52,621 bases of DNA from Candidatus Omnitrophota bacterium (GCA_035352955.1 DAOPYQ010000012.1:1-52621), one strand, 5' to 3'; positions 10,001 through 17,829 are shown, counted from the stretch's first letter. Numbers and translations are program-made. Notes: generated by a model from the letters alone, not told the origin.

Positions 10001-10999
10001 TGGGGTTCGCTTTACCAGCGCTCGACCCGCGCGGATTCCGTTTATCGCCACTGCATGCGATCGATCGACACCGTGCTCAACCATCGCATGGGCCGGAACG
10101 GTCTTCCGCTCATGGGCGTGGGGGACTGGAACGACGGTCTCGACGAGATCGGGAGCGCCGGGAAGGGCGAGAGCGTGTGGCTCGGGTTCTTCCTTTATTA
10201 CATCTTGAAAGAAATGCTCGGTGTGATCGAAAAGAAGGACGGTGTTAAGCGCCGGGATCATTACCGGAACAAGATGCAGGCCCTGGAGGCCGCACTTGAA
10301 AAGACCTGGCGCGAGGACCGCTATTTGCGCGCGATCCACGATGACGGGACCGAGATCGGCGTCAAGGGCAGCGGCGTTTGGGAGATTGATGCCTTGACCG
10401 CGGCCTGGTCGGTGTACACCGGTATCAATTTTGACCGGTCGGTCACGATCTTCAATACGGCTTTGAGCGTCCTTGAAAGGGGTAGTGTTATCCTTCTCGG
10501 ATGGCCAGCTCTACGCGAAGACACTAAGCCGTATCTCGGAAGAAGTAGCAAATATCCCGAGGGTGTTCGCGAGAACGGGATGTATTGTCACGGCGTTCAA
10601 TGGCTAGTTCGCGCCGCGCGTCTTCTGGCCGAAGAGTTCGAGAAGCGAGGCGATCGCGCAAAGGCGGATGAATATCGCGCGACCGCGTACCGCTTGTGGC
10701 GCAAGATTTCGCCGCTGGCGCATTTGACGCCGCAGGAGATCGAGATCTACGGCGGGCAACCTAACAAGCAACCAGCGGACTTTTTGACCACGTTCGAATC
10801 CGGGCGCATGATCTGGAACGGCTATACCGGAGCCGCCGGGTGGATGCTCCGTCAGGCGTTCGAAGGGGTTGCCGGCGCTTTGGTGGTGAAGAACCAGCTC
10901 GTTCTTCCGAAGGATCTCGACAAATCCCGGGGCAATCTCAAGATCGAAGGGATTTTCCGCGACATTAGTAAGAGTCCGTTCGCGGGGTCTTCGCGCTGA
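4076..10999 (+). CDS. Giant (2307 aa) envelope protein: N-terminal signal/anchor, two tandem CBM-like beta-sandwich repeats, large polytopic membrane block, C-terminal GH94-type glycoside phosphorylase module (NdvB/Cgs C-terminal-like)
   Basis: Single uninterrupted ORF with an ATG start. The internal duplication is FNVLDARERGVTVSGSAKGKLTATYDEAAKKDILELDY... against FGLLDAGEKGVSPAGTAKGTVTFSFDEEAKKDVYDLGY.... There are roughly 15-20 hydrophobic segments by eye between aa ~430 and ~1275. GH94-like motifs are GFRDQLQD, GDWNDGLDE and RENGMYCHGVQW. A strong intrinsic terminator follows. Confidence 0.85.
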   Translation: MPFSPMSVHPFSSTLSKFFRTERHKAVLAVLGMFLISAATAFAAASSFNVLDARERGVTVSGSAKGKLTATYDEAAKKDILELDYAVAQGETVSVWAKNFPAEFATAGMNSSKVSLRGTAEKAAQITVRMDLKGATGVQNIPLKVKGGWISTQEAIDLTKTGAVSEVVFVVSPVAGVASVKDTLGFALEFVKQVPAQKSVVVAPSAVAAKVKTVAAPVAKTVQSAVAPVQKKALSGMDALSAEDALEPSAKNLKTKVVAAAAVVSKPTVAVSPVKVPAAPARSSFGLLDAGEKGVSPAGTAKGTVTFSFDEEAKKDVYDLGYTLPAGSSLTVWTKKFPADLVATQVNTIAFGLRALDPAQLNQISLKAEIKGTGATQVMPLSLKPGWNAVEKTIPWAKIGQLTEVDLVITPKGNAGSVNGTLYLGFDFCNTSFLKKYLFLMKFGAVVLFSFLLAFLAGLLWKMSGSNKGASPESRVGKTLSILSPEKVSVMARLRQDFFYGIVTVLIAGLTLWIYASGMSLVGALVAALLGVVIAEMLKLRFAGKHLDAGEVFQNALLTGLLAAASTKMELLQAPVAWANLLMISGVTAAVTFVIYQLFNASSLGASGKHLKMSTGALIVATPFLFGWLLLLENVTLLQTLVFCLTGGILAAWPAILEFFGRLLVVFAFNEILINALGFAMKGKLLKTLKAHAYLLLVSLCVVVAPSIANLGSAAVVVSWHPVIRAVISILLTMFSFAGLWGEIYLLTGILLDSGKRIAPSEESLWKHTVGGMRKGFAFSGILMAILYLINLIFNTSVAQRVMGSFPIPTGLLLGALVFPFVKTIIETFDGSLPFFERMRYSYRHWTLYLRGALVGYGMAVMITQGFFQKTISERVVFGLIIGLLASGGVSLIRDIVYAMKGQGKVQSWRMYLIDSCLGVFLGSAIAFYLDTPQVSTIVYKFKLYMMSRFTGAEYSTHPYFNNLGHYVQPVLLSKWGQMDLGFCPGGVKLLFTESLDGVIKWSVATWLFAINKVFMQAFFDKDKTPIKFFFSKAGLAQLTELMIYVLRWGLWMSPIIFTFLRMMPTPTWYNQDGAIRTIIATWNNITMSAPAFQAWSLKIFVWILAFDFFRVLIWMDHMGLRVATLVNLSFLGMDKLDEKVAKFIGPAVAQRYIPEGVKRFTTWAPLLIPFYLPRGEQWDYVWNTAEGIQNANRGKGLIPALQSLSLWQMTLLAVAAVVLCTAFSAVIRALHRRAEQKRVKNYELGNREYKVTLKENGEVYSEVIAKESDVSRRSYDLIDPCGRILYLVDTAEKPGSAVRTWPVAGNFPQEYFELSRAERGEDSLKLFNTSNGVRTTIDITLPDQDSTAEIWNVTIENLTDKTRQLKVVPYLEWVLNGWMHDRFHTQYQRLYPEMEYVSAANTILAANKSTKSMGFLACDVAPEGFLTGRVDFIGRARSIWTPRALETMDFLEAKDTPGCPTFDPIGSMLVGMTVNPREAKTMRFMIGFAKKKDQALGLVKKYLNPQPAKSAAPAPAKKRSLLIGHGEIPPGTPQPYYEYKDNGNKLLVRTPYTPRPFDHGMANPVHSVMVTNRGLHTSCNGNSQQNRVTPDWPDTVTREVPSEAIYLYDPDRDQWFSPTHHPINDPNAHNEAEFGVDGTAVFRMSNGTLSTEMTVFVPTEDPMGVYLLTVRNHDDQPRRIRVAPYFQMALAFQPERSGPLGTKYDKALDALFFENPRNIFRNGPAFASMSIPADCYETKRGRFFGSGRGPAHPFFVERGQSDATQLTDSAQVAAFLGVLELPAGGEKTVAIILGQTDSRKNAIELVQKYKNLETVRKTLDETRKWWLGLMGTAQIKTNDPDFNRYQNWLKYQALAERIWARRGFYQTSGAFGFRDQLQDTVNLTWVDPALARKQILLHASQQFIEGDVFHWFFTLTDGRSAFSCRSHASDNLLWIAWGVGEYVRITGDETILDEMTSYVASEFPFAPLPKNKHGWGSLYQRSTRADSVYRHCMRSIDTVLNHRMGRNGLPLMGVGDWNDGLDEIGSAGKGESVWLGFFLYYILKEMLGVIEKKDGVKRRDHYRNKMQALEAALEKTWREDRYLRAIHDDGTEIGVKGSGVWEIDALTAAWSVYTGINFDRSVTIFNTALSVLERGSVILLGWPALREDTKPYLGRSSKYPEGVRENGMYCHGVQWLVRAARLLAEEFEKRGDRAKADEYRATAYRLWRKISPLAHLTPQEIEIYGGQPNKQPADFLTTFESGRMIWNGYTGAAGWMLRQAFEGVAGALVVKNQLVLPKDLDKSRGNLKIEGIFRDISKSPFAGSSR
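4214..5366 (+). other. Two tandem CBM-like repeats (approx 4214-4661 and 4928-5366) separated by an Ala/Val/Lys/Pro-rich linker, within the giant protein
   Basis: Protein-level self-similarity read directly from the translation. There is no DNA-level identity between the two. Confidence 0.7.
7799..10996 (+). other. GH94-like phosphorylase module of the giant protein (N-terminal beta-sandwich region plus (alpha/alpha)6-type catalytic region)
   Basis: Motifs GFRDQLQD (about 9690-9715), GDWND (about 10122-10136) and ENG.Y.H (about 10570-10595) match my recollection of conserved GH94 catalytic and phosphate-site motifs. Confidence 0.65.
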
Positions 11000-11015
11000 G
11001 ATTTTTTGTTCAACC

Positions 11016-11054
11016 GGCCCTGCCTGCTTTCCCAGCTGGCAGGGCCTTTTTTTT
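11016..11054 (+). terminator. Rho-independent terminator of the giant gene
   Basis: Perfect 9-bp stem GGCCCTGCC (11016-11024) / GGCAGGGCC (11038-11046), a 13-nt loop, then T8 (11047-11054), 17 nt after the stop codon. Confidence 0.8.
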
Positions 11055-11313
11055 GAGGGCGAAGATCCATATCCGAAGGAGTTTCTTTTTTGAATTTTGG
11101 GATAGAATCTCCTATTCGGAACGGCATTCTTTTCCTATAATTGCCGATAATCCGGGTTGTGACGTTTCGGGAGGAATGCGTTGTCTGAGGCTGTGACTGG
11201 GAATGCATGCCCAATGTTCTTAGGATCCCGTTCCCAAGGATTGCTCGCGGTGGGGAGAGGTTGTTGACGCGTTCGTGTCAGGCTTGGTTCTTTTCTCGTG
11301 GTTAATGAGAGTT

Positions 11314-11387
<74 letters not shown>

Positions 11388-11466
11388 TGTTTTTATAAGT
11401 TGTTCTTTATGGAACGGGAAATTTTTTCCGGGGTTCCGGTCAAAGTCCGTTCCGGACAAATCAATT

Positions 11467-12495
11467 ATGAAAAATAGATTTCTGTGTGTTTTTCTGTTCG
11501 TTGTCTTTACCGCAACGGCTGTTTTCCCGCCGAGGGTGGCGGAAGCGGCGTCTTTGTCCCTGGCGGCTCCCTCCGTGGTTCTTTTGGACGGCGGCACCGT
11601 AGTCTATGCCAAGTTCCCTCATGCGAAGCGAGCGCCGGCGAGTACGACCAAGCTTGTGACCGTGATGGTCGCGCTGGATCATCTTCCTCTGGACCGGATC
11701 GTGACGATACCGCCCGGGCTTGAGTATATCCAGCCTTCCAAGATCGGTCTCTATGGCGGCGAACGTTTTTATGTCCGAGACCTTGTGAAGGCTGCGCTGG
11801 TTAAATCTGCCAACGATGCGGCCGAGGCTTTGGCGATCCTGACAGCAGGTTCGCGGCCGGCGTTCGCGAGGCTCATGAACCAGAAAGCGCAGAGCGTCGG
11901 AGCCTATAATTCGCGGTTCGTGAATCCCGCGGGTTTACCGGCGGAGGGACAGTATTCGACCGCCTTCGATCTTGCCAGGATCATCATGGCGGCATCCCGT
12001 TATCCTTATCTGGTCCAGGCCATGAAAGTCCGCGAGGCGGCGATCTCGACGTTGGACGGGCGCAGGATCTATCTCAGAAATTGCAACAAGATGCTTTGGC
12101 GTACGTCGAGCGTAATCGGTAAAACGGGCTGGACCCGCACGGCCAAGCATTGTTTCGCGGGACGCGTGCAGGCAGGGAACCGGGTGATCTACGTCGGGAT
12201 CATGGGGAGTGCGAGGCGGCAGTATCTTTGGTCGGATCTTGTCCGCATCTCAGCGTTCGCTTCCGGAGGAACGTTCACTCCGGTGAAGATCGAAGGCGGC
12301 GGACTCCCTTCGCGGAAAGATACGCGGAATATCCAGAAGGCTTTGCAACGGGCCGGTTACTTTAAGGGAAATCCCACCGGGTTTTTCGGGAAACGGACGA
12401 AATCAGCGGTCCGGAACTTTCAGAAGGCTAACGATCTTCCTGTGACGGGAACCGTTGGCCCCAGGACTTGGAAAAAACTCAAAAAGTTTATGTGA
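11467..12495 (+). CDS. D-alanyl-D-alanine carboxypeptidase (S11 low-MW PBP) with C-terminal peptidoglycan-binding domain
   Basis: Signal peptide. SxxK (ASTTK), SxN (SAND) and KTG (GKTGWT) motifs. C-terminal PG_binding_1-like segment IQKALQRAGYFKG...FQKANDLPVTGTVGPRTWKKL. Confidence 0.88.
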   Translation: MKNRFLCVFLFVVFTATAVFPPRVAEAASLSLAAPSVVLLDGGTVVYAKFPHAKRAPASTTKLVTVMVALDHLPLDRIVTIPPGLEYIQPSKIGLYGGERFYVRDLVKAALVKSANDAAEALAILTAGSRPAFARLMNQKAQSVGAYNSRFVNPAGLPAEGQYSTAFDLARIIMAASRYPYLVQAMKVREAAISTLDGRRIYLRNCNKMLWRTSSVIGKTGWTRTAKHCFAGRVQAGNRVIYVGIMGSARRQYLWSDLVRISAFASGGTFTPVKIEGGGLPSRKDTRNIQKALQRAGYFKGNPTGFFGKRTKSAVRNFQKANDLPVTGTVGPRTWKKLKKFM

Positions 12496-12543
12496 TGCCG
12501 GTTTCCGTGGCAGGTTTTTCCGGAAAATAAAGAGGGGAAGACG

Positions 12544-14733
12544 ATGCGAAAACAGACAGGATGGGCGAAAGATTTTGCGCTTCCGCTCTTGTTGTTGGGC
12601 GTCTGCCTTGCGGGCTGTTCCGTTCAAATGCCCCAGCCTCCGCCAAAAGAAATGCCGGCCGCGTCCGTTGCGGGATCTCCCAAAACCGTGTCCAAGGTTC
12701 CCGAAGTCCAAATGATCGCCGATTTTGAAACTTCGGATGGGAAGATCATCAATAACCTCGGCGGCGAAAGCGGCGACTGGAACCTCAATCCCTCGGATAT
12801 CAATAATTCCTTTACCGACCCGCGGATCGTGACGGCCCCCGGCAAGGACGGCAAGGAAAGCCGTATGTTGCAGCTGACCTACAGCGTGGACTCCAGTATC
12901 CCGGCCCAGAATGGTTTCTGGACAAAGCTTCGCGACCTCGACGGCAGGAAATATGACCATTTCGAGCTCGATATCAAAGGCGATGCTCAGAAAGGTTTTA
13001 CCGAAAAATTCCGGATCGAGATCAAAAAGTGTCTGGATGATAGCTGCGTCCAGAGCGTCAAAGGTTCGGCAGTTATTCCCGTGACGGGGGAATGGAAGAC
13101 CGTGAGTATTCCGCTTAATGCGTTGACGGGGCTGATCGACTTTGCAAACCCGGAATGCTGGAAAAATCCGCGCCTGAGCTACGATTCACTCGACGAACTG
13201 ATCATTATCTTCAACGACAAGTTCGTGACCAAGAAGTCCGGCCGGATATTTCTCGATAACCTCCGGTTTGTGAATACCGGCGTTCCCGGTCCGAGCGCGG
13301 TGGATTTTCCACCCCGCGAAACCCGGAAAACGACGATCCCTCACGGGACCGTGGAATTTGCGAAATTTCTCGCCAAACGTTTGAAAGGATTCCCCAAAAC
13401 GGTGGTAGTGAAAAAGGAGTTTCCGGCGGAGGAGAAGGCGTTCCTGACCGAGGTCGCGCGTGATACCTGGCGATTTTTCGACGAGATCGTCGATTCCGAA
13501 AATCATCTGCCATTGGACAATATTCTGCTGGGAGAAAAGGAGCCCTTCTCCGAAGGGGTGTGGATCGGGGATTACACGAATGTCACGAACGTCGGCGTTT
13601 ATATCATGTCGGTGGTGAGCGCGCTCGATATGGGGTTTATCACGCGGGAAGATGCCGTTGGACGTATCCGGAACAGTCTTTCGGTCGTCGAGAAGCTCAA
13701 ATGCCATTCGAGCGGTTTTCCTTACAATTATTACGACACGACCGTGCTGGATCCGACGAGCTACTTTATCTCTTTTGTCGATAGCGGCTGGCTCATGCTC
13801 GGTCTTTATGTCGCCAAGGGTGCTTTTCCCGCCGAACTTTCCGAACAGGCCTCCCGGATGCTCAACCGTGTGAATTTCAATTTCTTTTATGATCCTGTCG
13901 AGAACCAGATGTTCCACGGGTTCTACGATAACCTCGGGGTGTATTCGGATTACCATTACGGCGTTTTCTATTGTGAGCCGCGGGCGGCGGCTTATGTCGC
14001 GATCGCGCGAGGGGACATTCCGGAAAAACACTGGTTCGAGGGGATGGTCCGCACTTTTCCGGCGAATTACGGGTGGCAGTCGCAGACGCCGAAAGACCGC
14101 GTGGAAAAGACCGTTCTCGGTTATACCTATGCCGGCGGCTACTATGAATGGAAAGATCTGAAATATGTTCCAAGCTGGGGTGGTTCGGCTTTCGAGGCGT
14201 TGATGCCGCCGCTTATTTTAAAGGAAAAAGAGTTGGCGCCGGAGGGACTCGGGGCCAACAATGTCGCGCATGTCCGCGGTCAGATCCGTTATGCCATGGA
14301 GGAGTTGAAACAGCCGGCCTGGGGGATGAGTCCCGCGTCGGTTCCCGGAGGGACTTATTCGGAATACGGCGCGAAACCGTTCGGGATCAAAGGCTACAAG
14401 GCCGGGGTCGTGACGCCGCATGCGAGTGCCCTCGCGCTGGAGTACGCTCCTGCCGAAGCCGTGGCGAATCTCCGCAAGCTCATCCAGCTTTATGAGATCT
14501 ATGGCGAATACGGTTTTTATGACGCCGTGGATGTCGCGACCGGAAAGGTTGCGAGAAAATATCTCGCGCTTGACCAGGCGATGATCCTGATCGCGATCAA
14601 CAATTATCTTAATGACGGCGCGATCCGGAAGCGTTTCCACGCCGACCCTCAGATCCAGAAGGCCGAAAAGCTTCTCTCCGCCGAAAAGTTTTTTGAACCC
14701 TCCGGGAAAGCTCCGGAAGCGGCCCAATCGTGA
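12544..14733 (+). CDS. Lipoprotein with N-terminal CBM-like beta-sandwich and C-terminal GH144/DUF3131-type (putative glucoamylase fold, beta-1,2-glucanase-like) domain
   Basis: Lipobox LLLGVCLAGCS. CBM-like segment (FWTKLRDLDGRKYDHFELDIKGD...FRIEIKK...GEWKTVSIPL...IFLDNLRF). C-terminal alpha/alpha-toroid-like motifs (GFPYNYYDT, SWGGSAFEALMPPL, TPHASALAL, YGEYGFYDAVD, LALDQAMILIAINNYL). The CDS itself is very likely; the family assignment is from memory. Confidence 0.65.
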   Translation: MRKQTGWAKDFALPLLLLGVCLAGCSVQMPQPPPKEMPAASVAGSPKTVSKVPEVQMIADFETSDGKIINNLGGESGDWNLNPSDINNSFTDPRIVTAPGKDGKESRMLQLTYSVDSSIPAQNGFWTKLRDLDGRKYDHFELDIKGDAQKGFTEKFRIEIKKCLDDSCVQSVKGSAVIPVTGEWKTVSIPLNALTGLIDFANPECWKNPRLSYDSLDELIIIFNDKFVTKKSGRIFLDNLRFVNTGVPGPSAVDFPPRETRKTTIPHGTVEFAKFLAKRLKGFPKTVVVKKEFPAEEKAFLTEVARDTWRFFDEIVDSENHLPLDNILLGEKEPFSEGVWIGDYTNVTNVGVYIMSVVSALDMGFITREDAVGRIRNSLSVVEKLKCHSSGFPYNYYDTTVLDPTSYFISFVDSGWLMLGLYVAKGAFPAELSEQASRMLNRVNFNFFYDPVENQMFHGFYDNLGVYSDYHYGVFYCEPRAAAYVAIARGDIPEKHWFEGMVRTFPANYGWQSQTPKDRVEKTVLGYTYAGGYYEWKDLKYVPSWGGSAFEALMPPLILKEKELAPEGLGANNVAHVRGQIRYAMEELKQPAWGMSPASVPGGTYSEYGAKPFGIKGYKAGVVTPHASALALEYAPAEAVANLRKLIQLYEIYGEYGFYDAVDVATGKVARKYLALDQAMILIAINNYLNDGAIRKRFHADPQIQKAEKLLSAEKFFEPSGKAPEAAQS

Positions 14734-15428
14734 TCTTTCAGGAAAATCCGGCAGGCATTTTCCGCGTCGAGATACTGGGTCCCGGTGTCTGTGCCGCGTT
14801 CTCGTCCCGCACGTTTGATAATTCCAGACGCGAAGAATACCTCCGTCTGCTTTCGCTAGATCCCCGACAGCTCGTTATGGTCAAACAGGTGCATGGCAGC
14901 GGGGTCCTTGCAGTCAAAGGAACTGATCCGGGACTTTTAGAAGAGCCCGCGGACGGATTGATCACCGGAACGCCGGGGCTTGTTCTTGGGATCCGGACAG
15001 CAGACTGCGTGCCGGTTTTTTTCTGGGACGCTTCAAAGAGGGTTGCCGGGATCGCGCACGGCGGGTGGAAGGGCGTGAAGGCTGGGATCATTAGCCGCAT
15101 GCTGAACGGCTTTGAACGGGAGTTTGGGACGGACGTGAAAGATCTTAAGGTTGTTTTTGGTCCATCGATCCGCAAATGCTGTTATGAAGTCGGCAAGGAA
15201 TTCCTCGGCCATTTTCCGGGCTTTTATCGCAGGAAGGACGCCTCGAAAGGGTTGCTGGACCTTGTGGGCGTGATCCGGGACAGGCTGGTCAAACGGGGAG
15301 TTCCCGGCGCGCAGATCCATGACACGGGGCTTTGCACCGTCTGCCGGAACGAAACGTTTTTTTCCTATCGGAACGACAGCCAGACCCAAGAGCGCATTCT
15401 GAATATTATCAGCATTTTGCCCGCGTGA
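14730..15428 (+). CDS. pgeF: Peptidoglycan editing factor PgeF (YfiH/DUF152 family purine nucleoside phosphorylase/laccase-domain protein)
   Basis: VKQVHGSGV, ADGLIT, RTADCVPVFF, HGGWKG, CCYEVG and CTVC...FFSYR motifs. GTG start in a GTGA overlap with the upstream stop. Confidence 0.85.
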   Translation: MIFQENPAGIFRVEILGPGVCAAFSSRTFDNSRREEYLRLLSLDPRQLVMVKQVHGSGVLAVKGTDPGLLEEPADGLITGTPGLVLGIRTADCVPVFFWDASKRVAGIAHGGWKGVKAGIISRMLNGFEREFGTDVKDLKVVFGPSIRKCCYEVGKEFLGHFPGFYRRKDASKGLLDLVGVIRDRLVKRGVPGAQIHDTGLCTVCRNETFFSYRNDSQTQERILNIISILPA

Positions 15429-15472
15429 TTTTTTCGAAGAAATATCCCGGGAAGTTCGTCTGGTAAAGAAGG

Positions 15473-15501
15473 TTGCGGGTCGGAGCCTTCATTGCTATAA
15501 T
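15473..15501 (+). promoter_or_regulatory. Candidate sigma70-type promoter for efp: TTGCGG (15473-15478), 17-nt spacer, extended -10 TGCTATAAT (15493-15501)
   Basis: Perfect TATAAT with an upstream TG and correct spacing, 45 nt upstream of the efp ATG. Motif match only. Confidence 0.4.
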
Positions 15502-15545
15502 CCACTCTCTTCAAACCATTATTTATCCTACAGAGAGGAATTACC

Positions 15546-16100
15546 ATGCAAGCACGAGACATGAAGAAAGGCACTACGGTCATCTACCAGAACGAGATTC
15601 ACCTGGTCACCGAGGCGGTGCACCGTACCCCCGGTAATCTCCGGGCGTTTTTCCAGATCACACTCAAGAATCTTAAGAACGGGCGCATTATCCAGAGCCG
15701 TTTCGCTCCTGACGAGGATCTGCCGAGGGTGGTGCTGGATCCGAAACAGTGCCAGTTCCTCTACAAGGACGATAGCGGATACAACTTCATGGATATGGAA
15801 AGCTATCACTCGTTTGCGCTGAGCGAGACAGTCCTCGGCGATAAGCGGTTCTATCTGAAGGAAGGCGCGGAGATCAAAATTGATTTTCACGAGGACAAGC
15901 CGGTGTTTCCGGAGATTCCCTCCATGGTGACGCTCAAAGTGACGGAAGCTCCTCCGGGGGTCCGCGGCGATTCGGTTTCCAATACGACCAAGATCGCGGT
16001 TTGTGAGACGGGCCTTAAGATCAACGTTCCTCTCTTTGTGAATGAAGGGGACGAGGTCAAGATCAACACCGAGACCGGGGATTACGCCGGACGGGCGTAA
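15546..16100 (+). CDS. efp: Translation elongation factor P
   Basis: 184 aa. N-terminus MQARDMKKGTTVIYQNEIHLV..., and EF-P family similarity along the whole length. AGAGAGGA RBS upstream. Confidence 0.95.
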   Translation: MQARDMKKGTTVIYQNEIHLVTEAVHRTPGNLRAFFQITLKNLKNGRIIQSRFAPDEDLPRVVLDPKQCQFLYKDDSGYNFMDMESYHSFALSETVLGDKRFYLKEGAEIKIDFHEDKPVFPEIPSMVTLKVTEAPPGVRGDSVSNTTKIAVCETGLKINVPLFVNEGDEVKINTETGDYAGRA

Positions 16101-16127
16101 AAATGCTTCAATAGGAATTCCGTCGCT

Positions 16128-16201
16128 GGGCAATTAGCTCAGTTGGTTAGAGCACTTCCTTCACACGGAAGGGGTCAGAGGTTCGAATCCTCTATTGCCC
16201 A
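16128..16201 (+). tRNA. tRNA-Val (anticodon CAC)
   Basis: 74-nt cloverleaf: acceptor GGGCAAT/ATTGCCC, D arm GCTC-AGTTGGTTA-GAGC, anticodon arm CTTCC-TTCACAC-GGAAG, T arm AGAGG-TTCGAAT-CCTCT, discriminator A. Confidence 0.92.
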
Positions 16202-16284
16202 GCGGCGGTTTTTTTTGTTCGTTAAGCGAGAGGCAGATCCATCAGAAAGTGGACAGCATCGCTCAAGGGGAGTAATATACCCGC

Positions 16285-17646
16285 ATGAAGCTTCGCATTG
16301 AAAAACCAAAAGCGCGCAATTTCATAACCCCAGTGGTCGTGGTTCTGTTGATCGCCGGGCTTTTTTTTGTTTTGCCCCGTTTGGTTGCCCAAAAATCCCT
16401 TCCGACGCTTGCTTTCGAGATCATGAGTTTTGAAGGCGATTCCCAGATCTATGATCTGCAGACCCGCGCCTGGCGCACCCCGAAACGAGGGGAGGAGTTC
16501 CGTGCTTCCCAGAAATTGAGAACCGGGACCGACGGGATCATCAATTTCCAGGTCGAGAACGAGATCCGCCTTCGCCTGAAAGAAAATTCCCTGCTCGAGA
16601 ACCGCGAATGCGGTGTCCTGAAGCTTAAAGAGATCTACAAACTTTTCCTGGAGCGCGGCGTTCTTTTCGGTGCGACCACGAAGACGTTTGATCGCAAGGA
16701 AGCCGCCAAGAAAGCACTGTTCCAGATCCTTACGGGAGAGTTTCTGACGACGATCCACGGGGCTTTATTTAGGATCCAGAGCGGCTCCACGAAGGCCGAG
16801 GAGAATAAGGTGGGTGTTCTGCGTGGTTCCGTGGAGGCGTCGGTTCCTTCCTTCTTTTTTGGCAAGGCCGGGGTCCGGATTCGCGGGCTTGAAGAGGCTG
16901 CCTTGATCGACGGAGCGCTCCAGCCGGCCGCGAAGGTTTCCCAGCAGCAGTGGGGCGATATGAAAGAGGCCTATGAACTGCTTGAGCGCAGCGCCGTAAT
17001 GGAAGCCGAGCAGATCGATCTTTCGAAAAAGGCCGGAAGCTTTTTTGACCGTGTGTTCGATCACGGAACTTTTTACACGCCGAAAAGCGGCTTCGCGAAC
17101 CGTGAATTTTATAAAGATGCGGATACCGGCGAAACTTATCTCGAAACCGAATACGATGTGTTTCCCGTGGGCTCTTTTGCGGGGGTTTATATCAAGACCC
17201 GGGATCTTGACGCCGCGCAATATGAAGGCCTTTCGTTTGAGGTCCGGAGGAAGCCTGAAGAAGGGGTTCCCGACAGCTTTTATATCGAGCTGAAATCCAA
17301 GGGGAATGTTGTGCGCCGGTTCGCTCCGCGGGGTTTCGTCCGGGAATGGACGCCTATGCATTTTGATTTTCAGGCCAAGAAGACCACTCCGGTTAACGAA
17401 GTGACGTTTGTATTCACGAATGCGCGGGCGGGCGAGGCAAAAAAAGGATTTCTCGAGTTTCGGAACCTCAATTTAATTCCGAGGAAGACGCCGTTGCCTG
17501 CGCCAGTTACGGCTAAAGTTCCGTCTAAGGTTTCCGCGAAATCCGTGCAGGCGGTCGCTTCGAAGCCTTCTGTCGCGAAACCGGCCTCCCGTCCAGAACC
17601 GGCGCCCGAAAGGGTTCCTATCCCCAAGGAAATTCCGCTGCAGTAG
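16285..17646 (+). CDS. Membrane-anchored protein with FecR-like beta domain, C-terminal CBM-like beta-sandwich and Pro/Ala/Lys/Ser-rich tail
   Basis: N-terminal TM segment (ITPVVVVLLIAGLFFVLPRLV). FecR-like segment (LRTGTDGIINFQVENEIRLRLKENSLL). CBM-like segment (FAGVYIKTRDLDAAQYEGLSFEVRRK...FYIELKSKG...WTPMHFDF...VTFVFTN). Low-complexity tail. Confidence 0.7.
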   Translation: MKLRIEKPKARNFITPVVVVLLIAGLFFVLPRLVAQKSLPTLAFEIMSFEGDSQIYDLQTRAWRTPKRGEEFRASQKLRTGTDGIINFQVENEIRLRLKENSLLENRECGVLKLKEIYKLFLERGVLFGATTKTFDRKEAAKKALFQILTGEFLTTIHGALFRIQSGSTKAEENKVGVLRGSVEASVPSFFFGKAGVRIRGLEEAALIDGALQPAAKVSQQQWGDMKEAYELLERSAVMEAEQIDLSKKAGSFFDRVFDHGTFYTPKSGFANREFYKDADTGETYLETEYDVFPVGSFAGVYIKTRDLDAAQYEGLSFEVRRKPEEGVPDSFYIELKSKGNVVRRFAPRGFVREWTPMHFDFQAKKTTPVNEVTFVFTNARAGEAKKGFLEFRNLNLIPRKTPLPAPVTAKVPSKVSAKSVQAVASKPSVAKPASRPEPAPERVPIPKEIPLQ

Positions 17647-17745
17647 CCTCTTGTTTTTTTTTTCGGAAGGTCGTCCGACGGGGGATTCCTATATTCGGAG
17701 ATGTTTTTTTTTTCGACTTAAGGTATCATAGCGCCTTCCAATCAT

Positions 17746-17829
17746 GCTGGGATGGCGAAACTGGCAGACGCGCTAGCTTCAGGAGCTAGTGGCCGCAAGG
17801 CCTTGGGGGTTCAAGTCCCCCTCTCAGCA
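17746..17829 (+). tRNA. tRNA-Leu (anticodon CAG), class II with long variable arm
   Basis: 84 nt: acceptor GCTGGGA/TCTCAGC (one G-U pair), anticodon arm CTAGC-TTCAGGA-GCTAG, variable arm GGCC-GCAA-GGCC, T arm GGGGG-TTCAAGT-CCCCC, discriminator A. Confidence 0.9.

Noticed and set aside
7712-10339. Very long minus-strand ORFs opposite recognised genes: 7712..10339 (875 aa), 2455..3825, 23728..25212, 42197..43888, 13186..14031, 32658..33809
   Set aside because: All are Arg/Pro/His-rich and low in complexity, with no recognisable motifs. They lie exactly antisense to + strand genes with clear family signatures (GH94 module, lpd, murE, uvrD and others). They are typical shadow ORFs of GC-rich coding DNA.
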